Source: an uncultured Candidatus Saccharibacteria bacterium (GTDB lineage Bacteria; Patescibacteriota; Minisyncoccia; Phycocordibacterales; UBA2100). From it: a stretch of 64,000 nt of DNA. Below the pieces are notes generated by a model that did not search any database, was not told where the DNA came from, and was given only the letters and a program-made list of their open reading frames with translations. The position numbers were made by a program, and so were the translations under genes. Location of the stretch: contig CAYWZA010000003.1 in assembly GCA_964462785.1 (NCBI GenBank), positions 1-64,000 on the forward strand. Direction: 5' to 3'. Positions 38,019 through 48,300 of this stretch are shown here, in pieces. How positions within the stretch are numbered: the first letter of the stretch is position 1; every line of letters begins with the position of its first letter.

Positions 38019-39095
38019 CTAAGCAAACAAAAGGAACAGAACGACGAGCAGCGCAACGCAGCAGATAAAGACTGAGAGTGCCACAAATACCAAGCGTGAC
38101 GATGAGCGCTGATATTTCTTTGCGTAGTATTCAGCTCCCCTATCTCCTGGAGTGACCCCCATGTCGGCAAGCTTCTTGCGGATATACAACTTGACTGACA
38201 TGTAGAGCGCGAGCACAACAAGGAGCAATGAACCGAGGGTAATTGCGATCAATTTGAGCGGCAGCACCCAAAACGACGTGCTTGCCGAAATGGTTTTACG
38301 AACTTGATCACCATAGACCAAGCTTGCAATGGCCTGATACCTTCCGAAAGCAAGATCTTCTGATTCCCAGGTGGCAGTATAGGTTCTTTCAGCGGCAGGA
38401 AATACCGCTCCTGCAGTTGCATTTACTTCGATCGAAGCGACCTGCTTCCCAAACATGTCGGTAATTTCAATAAGTCCGTGTGGTCGTAGGAGCACATTCC
38501 CGAGATTTTCAGTTCGCATATTGAATGTGACTGGCGGTGCGCCATACACAAGTCGTTCGGTGGAAAGCTCGCGCAAGCGCATCTCCTCCACTGCATCACC
38601 CGAAATTCTCAAACTTATGATATTACCCACACGAAATCCGACTCCCGCACCACTTTGTGTGAGTTTTGGCGGATCGCTGGCGAGCAGTATGCTGCCGAAA
38701 TGGGATCCTGGAGTCGCATCCGCGGGCACGCGCACAGTGAAAGGAACGGTGGTCTCTTCCCCCGGTTTGAGATTCAATGACCGCTTATTGAATGATATCC
38801 ATGTGCTCATCTCGTAGGGCGTCTTCTCGCCTTCTTCAGAAAATATTGGTCGTCCACCATCGTCAGCGCCCTTAATATCCTGCGCGACCAGATACAATAG
38901 CTTCTCAGTGTCTGCGATATTCCTCACCTGAATCGAGTAGTGGTACGTGCCGCCTGCATCGACTTGATCTTCAATAATCGCCGGTCGTATATCGACACCC
39001 TCACCCTGCTGTGCAAACACAAGCGATGCACTCAAGATCAGAGCAGACAAAAAAATAAAACCCAGTGCACATATCCTGTAAAGGCTTGTGGTCAT
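38019..39095 (-). CDS. Cell-surface protein, signal peptide + beta-sandwich + C-terminal TM anchor (DUF916/DUF3324-like), paralog A
   Basis: Signal peptide; VPFTVRVPADATPGSHFGSILL block shared with paralogs B-D; C-terminal TM followed by a basic tail. Confidence 0.5.
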   Translation of the reverse strand: MTTSLYRICALGFIFLSALILSASLVFAQQGEGVDIRPAIIEDQVDAGGTYHYSIQVRNIADTEKLLYLVAQDIKGADDGGRPIFSEEGEKTPYEMSTWISFNKRSLNLKPGEETTVPFTVRVPADATPGSHFGSILLASDPPKLTQSGAGVGFRVGNIISLRISGDAVEEMRLRELSTERLVYGAPPVTFNMRTENLGNVLLRPHGLIEITDMFGKQVASIEVNATAGAVFPAAERTYTATWESEDLAFGRYQAIASLVYGDQVRKTISASTSFWVLPLKLIAITLGSLLLVVLALYMSVKLYIRKKLADMGVTPGDRGAEYYAKKYQRSSSRLVFVALSVFICCVALLVVLFLLFA

Positions 39096-39131
39096 ATAAA
39101 AACGATAATCTAATAGGTATTTGCACTATAC

Positions 39132-39330
39132 CATACGTATACACCCCCGCACTCTTGCGGGGGTGCAGAGCTTGTTTCGAAACCTGGGTTCCCAAACCGA
39201 GCGGCGTGTGTTCGTCGCCGAGAACCCGAGTCGGAGCCCTCAATGTGCTGGCGGCACATTGAGGGCGAGACTCGTGGTTCACAGGCAGAACACACGCCGC
39301 GTAGGTAGGGAGGGGTTTCGAAACATGCTC
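39132..39330. repeat. Nested perfect-palindrome element (10-, 16/17-, 12- and 13-bp stems)
   Basis: CACCCCCGCA/TGCGGGGGTG; GAGCTTGTTTCGAAACC/GGTTTCGAAACATGCTC; CGGCGTGTGTTC/GAACACACGCCG; GCCCTCAATGTGC/GCACATTGAGGGC. Contains CGAGTCGGAGC. Confidence 0.6.
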
Positions 39331-39356
39331 TGAACCTGTTTCATGCTAAGACCGCT

Positions 39357-40547
39357 TTAGAAGACCGGCGTTGCAACGTAGGTGAGTGTTGCGGTGTAAT
39401 CATCGCCCGCTTCCTGGAAGGCGGTGGTCTGGATTGCATACGCAACTGTTGTCGAACCGATATTGGCAGTGGTGCCGTTTGCCGGTCCCGTGTGGCTGAA
39501 GACTGCGCGAGTTGATGTTGAGAAGTTACCGGCATACCGAGTATCGGAAGTTCCAAATTCATTGGCGTTGATATCGTCATCGCTGGTGAGACCCCAATGA
39601 CCGTAGGTATTCACGCTACCGAAAGTACCTGTTGGTGCCGTCCACGCTGACGGCGTTGTTGTGCCGTTGCCATCAGCGAACACATCAATGGTGTCGCCGT
39701 TCGATGACGTAAGTGTCTGGTCTGCCTTTACGGTCACGGTAAAGCCGTTGGATGCGTTGGTTGTGACGTTAAGGCGCTGACCCACGACTTTCGGCACACC
39801 TGAGGTAAGTGACCCGAATGGTAAGGTCTGCGCGGAGCCTGATGTATCAACCGATGTAGTCGTACCGTTGATACCCACACCTGACGGCAAACCAGCAATC
39901 GCAAAACTGAATGTCGTATCAACAGATGCCGTTACGACAACGTCATCGATGATTGCGACCTGGACATCGATTGTGTCTTTGTCGGTGCCCTGACCCTGGT
40001 CTCTCGATGAGATGTGAATGTCATAGGAGCCAGCAACACTCGGGTTGGTGATTGGGCCGCTGGTAGACGCGATGAAGAATGATACCCCCGCCGTCGAGGT
40101 TGCAATGAAGTTGTTAGCACACAGCGAAAGTGTGAGGAGTTCTGTGGTCGTGGAGACAAGAACTTTATTTGTCGCCGCGCCGCCGAGTGTACAGTTTGAA
40201 ACGACGGTGATGCTCGATGTCGCGCTAAAATCTTCTGCACCTAATTGACCGATTTCGAAACTGTTGCCGGATGGATCGAAATCGAATGCGATGGTGCCCG
40301 TAGCAGTACCACCCGCATTGGTGCTGATTCGACTGGGAACACTGAAGGTGAATGTGTGACCGGAAACCACGGACAAATCAGAATCAGTGAGCGTGTCGCT
40401 AGCATCATAGAAGGATGCCGCCTGGCTGCGATTGAGCATACTTGGTGCACCGGTCGCCCAGAAGAGAATTGAGAGCATGAGAATTGCTGCGAGCTTGCTT
40501 GAGCGTAGCGCGCGGAGCGATACTGTTAGTGCACCAAGTGGATTCAT
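39357..40547 (-). CDS. Secreted WxL-like surface protein 1
   Basis: Signal peptide, Ser/Thr-rich, internal YGHWGLTSDD (W-x-L-like) and C-terminal YTATLTYVATPVF resembling the WxL-domain terminus. Confidence 0.4.
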   Translation of the reverse strand: MNPLGALTVSLRALRSSKLAAILMLSILFWATGAPSMLNRSQAASFYDASDTLTDSDLSVVSGHTFTFSVPSRISTNAGGTATGTIAFDFDPSGNSFEIGQLGAEDFSATSSITVVSNCTLGGAATNKVLVSTTTELLTLSLCANNFIATSTAGVSFFIASTSGPITNPSVAGSYDIHISSRDQGQGTDKDTIDVQVAIIDDVVVTASVDTTFSFAIAGLPSGVGINGTTTSVDTSGSAQTLPFGSLTSGVPKVVGQRLNVTTNASNGFTVTVKADQTLTSSNGDTIDVFADGNGTTTPSAWTAPTGTFGSVNTYGHWGLTSDDDINANEFGTSDTRYAGNFSTSTRAVFSHTGPANGTTANIGSTTVAYAIQTTAFQEAGDDYTATLTYVATPVF

Positions 40548-40729
40548 ACGGTTGGTTAAATGTTTATGTAAATAAATTTATTACTATCGCTGCACATGCC
40601 ACAAGTTTCGACCCTTGCAACAGGTTTCGCAGCTACTATTTCCTATAGCAGAAATTATATAGGACATATTAGGCAACGAACTTCACCTGTTGTGGATAAC
40701 TGACTTCATGTCTCAGAGATTTCCTTATT

Positions 40730-42046
40730 TCACTGCTGATTTTGAGCATTTAGTTTTGCAACATCTTCGTCCGTAATCGGTCTTTCTTCTTGAATTTTCA
40801 CCTCCTTGATTTCAAAGTGCCGCTCGGGCGTAAGCACGCTGCCGAGAAACCACTGTATGCCATATAGAGCTGCACCTACGACTCCGAGAAATAGAAAGAA
40901 TGCGTAATATTTCTTTACAAACATGCCGCCGGTCATCTGCCGCTCGGTCGTAGATGCTCCACTGCCCACCGATGGTTGCTGTTTGGCAACACTGCGTAAG
41001 TCCACTACCCCCTCGCGCAGTGGCTGCATAAACACTGACGCGTACCCTGCCGACATCTTGCTGTGTTCGCCTATGCCTGCGTATTGCCGTTCGAGGACAA
41101 GCGCACGCCTGATGTAGCGCCTGATAAACCACACGATCAGGAGTACGAAGAACGCAATGCTCCCAATCGTGACCGCAACCGGCACGACAGGAACAATCCA
41201 GAAATAGGTTTTAGACGATATATTTTGCCTGCCATTTTCTCCGAACGTCAGTGTCACTTCTGCGCTATAGCGCCCGATATCGAAAATATCCTGCTCACCC
41301 TCCCAAGAAAATTGAAATTTTCTCGTACTCTCGGGAAGCACATTTCCAAAATTGCTCTGTTGATTGATGAGCACCTTGCCGCGCTCCTTTCCCCACATAT
41401 TAAAGAGCGTGATATATCCTTGCGGTTGCAAGTGCGCGTTGCCGGTATTTTCAAAACGCAAAATAAAATCAGCCTGCGGCTCTTGATAGAGTGTCTGCGT
41501 CGTCCTGAATTCCCGAATCCGCGCGCTTTCATACACATCCCCTTTCACCCGCACAAATAAGAGCGATGTGACGAAACTTGAAATGCGCATCGCCGCTCCG
41601 GCCTCGACTGTCTCCGGCGGCTTGGTGCCGACAAGAATCGCTGCATAGTGCCCGCCCGGCGACGCATCAGCTGGAATATGCACCGTGAGAGGAATTTCCC
41701 CGCTCCTCCCCTTCGGAATCGTTATGGGATCTTTTGGAATCTCGATCCATCCGGCGAGTGTGTGCGCACGCGCATCGGCATCATCCGCTGTAAGCGGAAT
41801 GAAAGTGCCCTGCCCCGCCTCGCCTTCTGCTTTGAAGTTAACTACCTCTGCATAATAGGTAACATCGTACGTATTGCTGTTCACCACCTTGAGAGAACTG
41901 TTCCACGTCTCACCTGGAATAATGGAGAGTTGAAAAAGCGGCGGTGTGACAGTCACCGACAGGGTGTCCGGTGCAGCATGTGCTGAGAGAGGCACAGTGG
42001 CAGCGACACCGGCGAGAAAAGCGGCAACTTTGAGAAAAATGCTCAT
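40730..42046 (-). CDS. DUF916/DUF3324-like cell-surface protein, paralog B
   Basis: Signal peptide, IPLTVHIPADASPGGHYAAILVGTKPP block, C-terminal TM segment. Confidence 0.5.
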   Translation of the reverse strand: MSIFLKVAAFLAGVAATVPLSAHAAPDTLSVTVTPPLFQLSIIPGETWNSSLKVVNSNTYDVTYYAEVVNFKAEGEAGQGTFIPLTADDADARAHTLAGWIEIPKDPITIPKGRSGEIPLTVHIPADASPGGHYAAILVGTKPPETVEAGAAMRISSFVTSLLFVRVKGDVYESARIREFRTTQTLYQEPQADFILRFENTGNAHLQPQGYITLFNMWGKERGKVLINQQSNFGNVLPESTRKFQFSWEGEQDIFDIGRYSAEVTLTFGENGRQNISSKTYFWIVPVVPVAVTIGSIAFFVLLIVWFIRRYIRRALVLERQYAGIGEHSKMSAGYASVFMQPLREGVVDLRSVAKQQPSVGSGASTTERQMTGGMFVKKYYAFFLFLGVVGAALYGIQWFLGSVLTPERHFEIKEVKIQEERPITDEDVAKLNAQNQQ

Positions 42047-42050
42047 GGTC

Positions 42051-43538
42051 CTATCTCCGCTTGAGGTTAATTACATGACTGTCAGTGTGCTCGGGGTTGG
42101 CGCGCTGCTGGTGCAGTTTCTTGAGATCAATCGTGCCGCGACGATCGACAATGGGAGACTCCGTGTTGCGCGGAGTATTAACCCGTGGAGCGGCATCGCT
42201 TTCAAACGCATCGCGCAGGCTGCGTGTAGCCGGCTTTGGTGCGGTGGCGGGCGGTGGCACAGGGGCAGCGACACTCTGCACTGCCGGTGGCGCCGCCCGC
42301 CGCGAAAATGAGACGCGCGGTATCATATCGCCGATGAATGTGAACGGGGTTGCAGCAAGCGACGCAAATGCCGCCAATCGTGAAGTGATGCCCGGCGTAT
42401 GCGCATCCACAATCGCGCTGATCTCATGCGGTTGGTGTTTCAGAAACCCTGCGAGTGCAAGCTTGCCCAAATGCCGATCCTCAAACCACTTGTGGAAGTA
42501 GAGCGCGAAGAAAATAATCGCGATCATGCTCACAATAAACAGCGTCAAGAGCTGCTTCCACGGCACTATCCAAAAATAAATCGTGTCTTGCACCGACGCA
42601 CCTTGCCCACGCCCGTAATCGACAGTCAGAAATGCTTTGTACCTGCCAAATCCATCAACCGCGCTCCACACGGAAGCAAGCTGTGCCACTTGATCCGGCG
42701 CATAGGATTTGCCCTCGCCGTTGATGCCCACCGCCGCGACCTCCTCCCCCTTTCTATTATAGATACGGATCTCGCCGCGCGGCGAAAGCTCTTGATTCCC
42801 GATATTTTCAAGCTGGTAATTAAAGAGCACATCGTCGCCCGAAAAATAAAAACTGTCAGTAAAGAATTTGTTGAGCTGCATTACCTCTTTCACATTCGCT
42901 TTAACCTCCACATTCACCATCAGGAATGCGAGCGGCGGACCTGACTCAGCTGCCGAGCGCGAGCTGCCATCCCCAAAGCTGATGCGCGCATGATATGAGC
43001 CGGCAATCGCATTCATATTGACGCGAATGACAAACGGAATAACCTTCTCCTCTCCAGGACCAAGCTCGACAACACCGCGCGATAGCTCGATCCAATTGGC
43101 GAGCGACGCCGCGCGATCACTGGAATCTGTTGCATTCACAAACTCCTGCTTGCCATCTTCGGCGCTCACATTATTGACCGATGGATAGAGCGTCAGTTTG
43201 CGATTACTGGTATTGACCAGCGTGATTGATTCTTTAAGAATGTCGCGCGCCTGTGCCGTTTCATCGATCACGACTGGCTCGATCGAGAGTTCGGCAGATT
43301 GCTGCTCAGCGGCATGCAGGGCAAGCGGTATGCAAAAAATTACAATGAGGTACAGAAGCGCAAATGCAGGTGCGCGCGAGCCTAATGACTTTTGGTCACT
43401 TCGGACTGTATCACCACTGCGCTGGAAAAACACGTGTGCATGCGCGCTGCGCGATGCTCGCTTACACCTCATTTGCGCTTCTGTGTACGCAGCTCGAATG
43501 CTCAGAGTCGAAAATTTTTCGTTCAGCCAATGTCGCAT
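42051..43538 (-). CDS. DUF916/DUF3324-like cell-surface protein, paralog C
   Basis: Start probably at an internal Met near 43472. VIPFVIRVNMNAIAGSYHARISFGDG block and C-terminal TM. Confidence 0.5.
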   Translation of the reverse strand: MRHWLNEKFSTLSIRAAYTEAQMRCKRASRSAHAHVFFQRSGDTVRSDQKSLGSRAPAFALLYLIVIFCIPLALHAAEQQSAELSIEPVVIDETAQARDILKESITLVNTSNRKLTLYPSVNNVSAEDGKQEFVNATDSSDRAASLANWIELSRGVVELGPGEEKVIPFVIRVNMNAIAGSYHARISFGDGSSRSAAESGPPLAFLMVNVEVKANVKEVMQLNKFFTDSFYFSGDDVLFNYQLENIGNQELSPRGEIRIYNRKGEEVAAVGINGEGKSYAPDQVAQLASVWSAVDGFGRYKAFLTVDYGRGQGASVQDTIYFWIVPWKQLLTLFIVSMIAIIFFALYFHKWFEDRHLGKLALAGFLKHQPHEISAIVDAHTPGITSRLAAFASLAATPFTFIGDMIPRVSFSRRAAPPAVQSVAAPVPPPATAPKPATRSLRDAFESDAAPRVNTPRNTESPIVDRRGTIDLKKLHQQRANPEHTDSHVINLKRR

Positions 43539-43558
43539 AAATAAAGTATACCGTTGAA

Positions 43559-44878
43559 TTAAAAGACGGGTGTCACGATATACACGATATTCGTGCTATA
43601 TGAACCGGAGCCCTGCTCATTGTGTGCTTCGACCTTGTAAACAATGTCTGTGGTCTTTTCGGTTGCAGGCCCGCTGTTAAATGCAACTTCTTTGGGGCTT
43701 CCGGTGAACTGTGCATACGTGTCATTTGCGGCAAATCGCGTCGATCCGTTTTCCAGCACGTCCTCACCGGCGTGGTATCCATAGCATCCGTAAGCTCCTC
43801 CCGAACACCCAGTCCCCCACGCAAGCGGACTCTCGTTGGTGCCTGTTACGGGGCTGATTTCAGATGAATCAGCAAGAAGCCCTTGCCGTTGAAATGCATA
43901 TATTTTGTAGCCGGAAACCGAGTTGGCGGAAACGGTGAGCCGGTGAGCCGCCTCAGTCGGCGTACCTATCGCAAGCGTCCCAAATGGGACCGATGTCGAT
44001 GTCGTTTCCACATCGGTCGTCACCCCTTCGGTTGCAGTCGATGCGGCGAGCCCATCTATAGAGAATGAGAGTGCCGCTCCTTCCACCACCAGACTTGGAT
44101 ACGATTCGCCGGTATTGAGCGGCACCGTGCTGCTACTCACGACATCAAAGAGACGGAAGAAATACACGGTGTTAGCGACAGCGCCCGACTGCTTGAGTGT
44201 GAATTCATATTCGGTGATTGCGCTCGCTGTGTGCGTAAAGGTGCTGGTGGTCGTGCCGATTTCATTGTGCGTGCCGCAGCCGTTTCCAATCTGCAACGCA
44301 CACGCATCCGCATCGGAAAGTACTTTCGTGGTGATGGTCACGTTATCAACACCCGCACCGTTTGCATAGCACCAGCCCGAACTGCCAGTGCACTCCCAAT
44401 CGGCGGCAAGTGTGCGCACGTACTCTGAGAAATCAGAGGATGTCGCATACTGCAGACGGAATTTTATGTTGCCGGATCCCACTCCCGCCGTTTCAGCAAC
44501 TGACACGCGCAGCTTGATCGTGTTGAGGTTCGCGATATTAGTTGGTGCAGTGTTTTCAGCCGCAAGCGCAGTACTCGGCGTCACACTATTCTCATCGTCA
44601 TACCAGCGCCAATTTTGCGTCTTCGGCGTGAATGATTCGAAAAACATCTCGCCACCGTTCAAGGTGAAATTGGCGCTGCTCGCCGCTTCATTTGAGATCT
44701 CTCCCCCGCCACTTACATGCGTAAAGTTTGTCGAAGTCGACGTGCCGCCGACGTCATTCGTATTCGGATCTTTCGCGGTAAAATTCGTACTCGTAAAATC
44801 AGCCGCAAACGCAAACGGCGCGAAAATAACACTGACGAGTGTTACCATCACGACGCTGCTTGGTACGACTTTCTGCAT
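43559..44878 (-). CDS. Secreted WxL-like surface protein 2
   Basis: Signal peptide; SPLAWGTGCSGG and C-terminal YSTNIVYIVTPVF, same terminus as protein 1. Confidence 0.4.
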   Translation of the reverse strand: MQKVVPSSVVMVTLVSVIFAPFAFAADFTSTNFTAKDPNTNDVGGTSTSTNFTHVSGGGEISNEAASSANFTLNGGEMFFESFTPKTQNWRWYDDENSVTPSTALAAENTAPTNIANLNTIKLRVSVAETAGVGSGNIKFRLQYATSSDFSEYVRTLAADWECTGSSGWCYANGAGVDNVTITTKVLSDADACALQIGNGCGTHNEIGTTTSTFTHTASAITEYEFTLKQSGAVANTVYFFRLFDVVSSSTVPLNTGESYPSLVVEGAALSFSIDGLAASTATEGVTTDVETTSTSVPFGTLAIGTPTEAAHRLTVSANSVSGYKIYAFQRQGLLADSSEISPVTGTNESPLAWGTGCSGGAYGCYGYHAGEDVLENGSTRFAANDTYAQFTGSPKEVAFNSGPATEKTTDIVYKVEAHNEQGSGSYSTNIVYIVTPVF

Positions 44879-44880
44879 GG

Positions 44881-45345
44881 TTATTGAACTTCGGTTGTAA
44901 TTGGCGCCACCTCGATCAGTTTATTTTGAGCCGGATCATAGAGGTACGCTTTGCGCGCCTGCGTATAAATGAGCACTTTATATCCGACTTTTGCATTCGC
45001 GAAAAATGCTTGATCTTTCAATTTTTCAGGATCGGATACAGTCGCCACGGTCGGCTCCTCGCCTTCTGGGAGCGCAATAAGCCTGCCGACTTTTTCAATG
45101 AGATCTTTTGCCTCAATCGTCGTCTCGACTTCCGGCGTTGCGCTCTTGGTGTCAGTGGAAATTTCTGCTCCGTCTGGTTTGAAAAAGAAAACATACATTG
45201 CCCCGGCGAGTACGGCGAGAGCCACGAGCCCGATCACTGCCGGCGGCACTCGCCTCGGCGCAGGCGGTCGCAGCGCTGGGCTGGGACTCTCTGCCGCCAC
45301 CTTTGCCGGTCGCTTCAAACTCACTATCAGTGATTCGTCGTTCAT
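44881..45345 (-). CDS. Membrane-anchored hypothetical protein
   Basis: N-terminal Pro/Ala-rich region and one TM helix; tight spacing within the operon. Confidence 0.4.
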   Translation of the reverse strand: MNDESLIVSLKRPAKVAAESPSPALRPPAPRRVPPAVIGLVALAVLAGAMYVFFFKPDGAEISTDTKSATPEVETTIEAKDLIEKVGRLIALPEGEEPTVATVSDPEKLKDQAFFANAKVGYKVLIYTQARKAYLYDPAQNKLIEVAPITTEVQ

Positions 45346-45351
45346 ATATTT

Positions 45352-48300
45352 TTATAATTCTGCACTACTAATAGCAGCCGCATCCCCCGTTTCAACCGCG
45401 GTTTCTGATGCCGGTTGTTCGCTTGGTGTTTCTGCTGCCGGTGTCGATTCGACAACCGAATCTTCCGACGCAGGCTCGGGATTTGCAGTTGTCTCCCCGG
45501 CCGGTGATTCTTGCGGCGCAGCCGGCTCACTGCTGCTTTCACCTTCCGCATCCACCGCTGTAACAGACATCATCGATTCATCAGCAGGGGGCATATCGGG
45601 CAGACCGTCTCCGACTACAACGACGCGCGTCACTTCAGCCACATGCCCATCAGAATCGACCGCGCGATACATAATCAAATATTCTGTGGATGAGCTGGTG
45701 TCGAGCATGACATGATCAACTTCCTCGCTATCGACAAACGTATAGATGCCGAGGTTTTGGTCTTTGTCGTCTGTCACGGTTGCGCCCAAGTCTATATACG
45801 TGTCCCCAATACCGATCTGCGCAGGATTGTTTCCGTTGAGCGTAATGACAGGGACTTCAATCGACGTCTTGGGAGCCGACGAATCTATTGTCGCCGTGAG
45901 ATCCTCTGCGCCACACTTCCCGGCAAATGTTTGCAGTATTCCCGAGACAACTTTTGCACAATACGGATCGCCGTTCATATCGTCATACATCGTGATGCCG
46001 GTCGGCTTCTCCGGAGAGCCGACTTCAAGACCGTTCGCCGTAAGCGCACCCGCGAAGAGTGCGTTGCCCAGCGCATCGACAGACACCAAAAGCGCCGCAT
46101 CCGAGCTTGATGCGTTTTCAAAGGTGAGCGTGAGATCATTTTCATTCACTCGTTCAATCAGTAGTCTTCCACCCTCCACGATCCGCATGCGAATATCTTT
46201 CTCGACCGGCTCGATGGCATTTACGACCAGCGTGTCTGCAATCACGCGCGGCGAAATAATTTCAAGTCCTGCCGCAAGACGATCAGTGAATACTTCGGAG
46301 AGCGTAGTTGCGACAGTGATCTCCTTTTTTTCTTGCAGCATGCCAGCAAGAATAATACGCCCGTAATCAAGATCCGACGTAATCACATCCATGTTGATTC
46401 CCGAGTCGCGCAGTGCTACTTTGAGAAGTGCCCCAGTGGAATATGATGTATTCACCATCACCAAGACGCTGCATTTCCCACTGTCGTCGCAGATAGCATC
46501 CTCAAGCGCGTGCCCGACAGTGACACCCGCCTTGGTAGCGCGCATGGCGACGCCCGGCTCGGATGAGACCGTGAGCAGATCCCCTGCTTTAATTTCACCG
46601 TTTTCTTTATTTGCCTTCACGGGCACGCGCCCGGCGAGCGCGATGGCGCGGGGATGCTTTGCTTTGCTGAATATGTCATACCCCATCGTCTCGTACGGCA
46701 CACTTGAAACTACACCGACCGCACTACTACCTTGCGTAGCCTTTTCAAGAACCGACGATTTCTGCAATCCGAGTTTCGAATCATATTCATAAGATGCTGT
46801 ACTGATAGCGACCACATCGCCGTGTTCGACATCATCTTTAGTCTCATACCACTCCGCCAAGTCAGCACCGCTCGATGTGTAGTTCATGGTGACAACGACA
46901 CCCTGTCCACCTTTCCCTCCTTGGGCTGCGGTGGTTGACTCTTCAACAATGCCACCACCCCCCCCTGAGCCATAGGCGAGACCCGCCTCGCCTTGCACTG
47001 ACTGAAGAGCGGCTGTGACGTGCCCGCCAGCCCCTCCCCCTCCCCAATAACTTGCGCCCCCGTTACCGCCAGTTCCCTCACCACCACTCAAGGCATTTGC
47101 TGCGCCGCCATTGCCACCCGCGAGACGGAGCTGCCCGACTGCCGTGGATGTCGCACCACCCGACCCACCCGCCAATCCTTCTGTGGCATTCGTATCGACT
47201 GAACTGTCTCCAAGCCCTCCCTGCCCTGCAAGCGCGACGACAAGCGAACCGAATGATGAATTGTTCCCCGCTGCGCCGGTGCCCGCAACACTCGTGGTGG
47301 CACCACCGTTGCCGACAGTAACCGTTTCAGTTGACCCCATGCTTTCTGCAGGAAGAATCGAAATTGAAGTACCTCCTGAACCCCCGCCTCCAGCGGCATC
47401 TTCACACGTCGTCGTATCTGAACAATCCGCTGCCCCACCCGCGCCACCTCCTGCAGTGACGATTATTTGTGTGAACGACAAGCCCGGATAATCTGCCTTG
47501 GTCCATGTGTCATTTAAAGTGAAGACCTCAACCGTGACTGCATCGACGCCTGTGTCCGAGCCACATACAACGGTGCCATTCGCATCGGTTTCAAGTGCCT
47601 TGGTGCAGTTCGTCAGCCCCGTGAGCTGCATCCGATTCGCTGCGATCCCGCCTGAAAATGTCGACGTCGAGTTTGTTCCTACGACATTCAAGAATCCCTG
47701 CAAGGTGGATGTGCCCGTCGTGCCGCCCTGAATCGTCGTCGTTGCGGTGCGACCGACTGTAATGTAATCGAGCCCGGAGATCGCGGTTGAGGACGCGTTC
47801 GTGATTGCAAGCAGCGCGGGAAGTGAGAGTGTCACCGCTCCCGTCGCGCCTGATGCAGAAATCTGATTCGTCGTACCAGTGATGGAGGTGACCCCACTGT
47901 TGGTTACGGCACCATCTGCATACGTGAGCCCGCCGGAGAAGGTGGTGGTCGCTGTCCATGTTGGTATGCCATTTAATAGTGCGAGTACCTGCCCTGCAGT
48001 GCCCGCCGTTGTCGTCGCAAGTGCGCTCGTGCCGTTACCATAGAGAATCGTGCCCGCGACAACACTCGCCCAGCCGGTGCCGCCATTACTCACACCAAGA
48101 ATACCTGCCACATCATTCGCCAGATCAACGAGCGTTGCCGTCACCACCCCGGCAACTGCTTTCAATATTCCTCCGGCAGTTCCGAAAGTGAATCCGTTTG
48201 AAACGACGAGATTCGAAGTGGAAGCATTGCCAGTAACCGCGAGTGTCGTTGATGTGGCATTGGTAATTGTAGATGTTGAAAACGAGGCACCGGATGCGGA

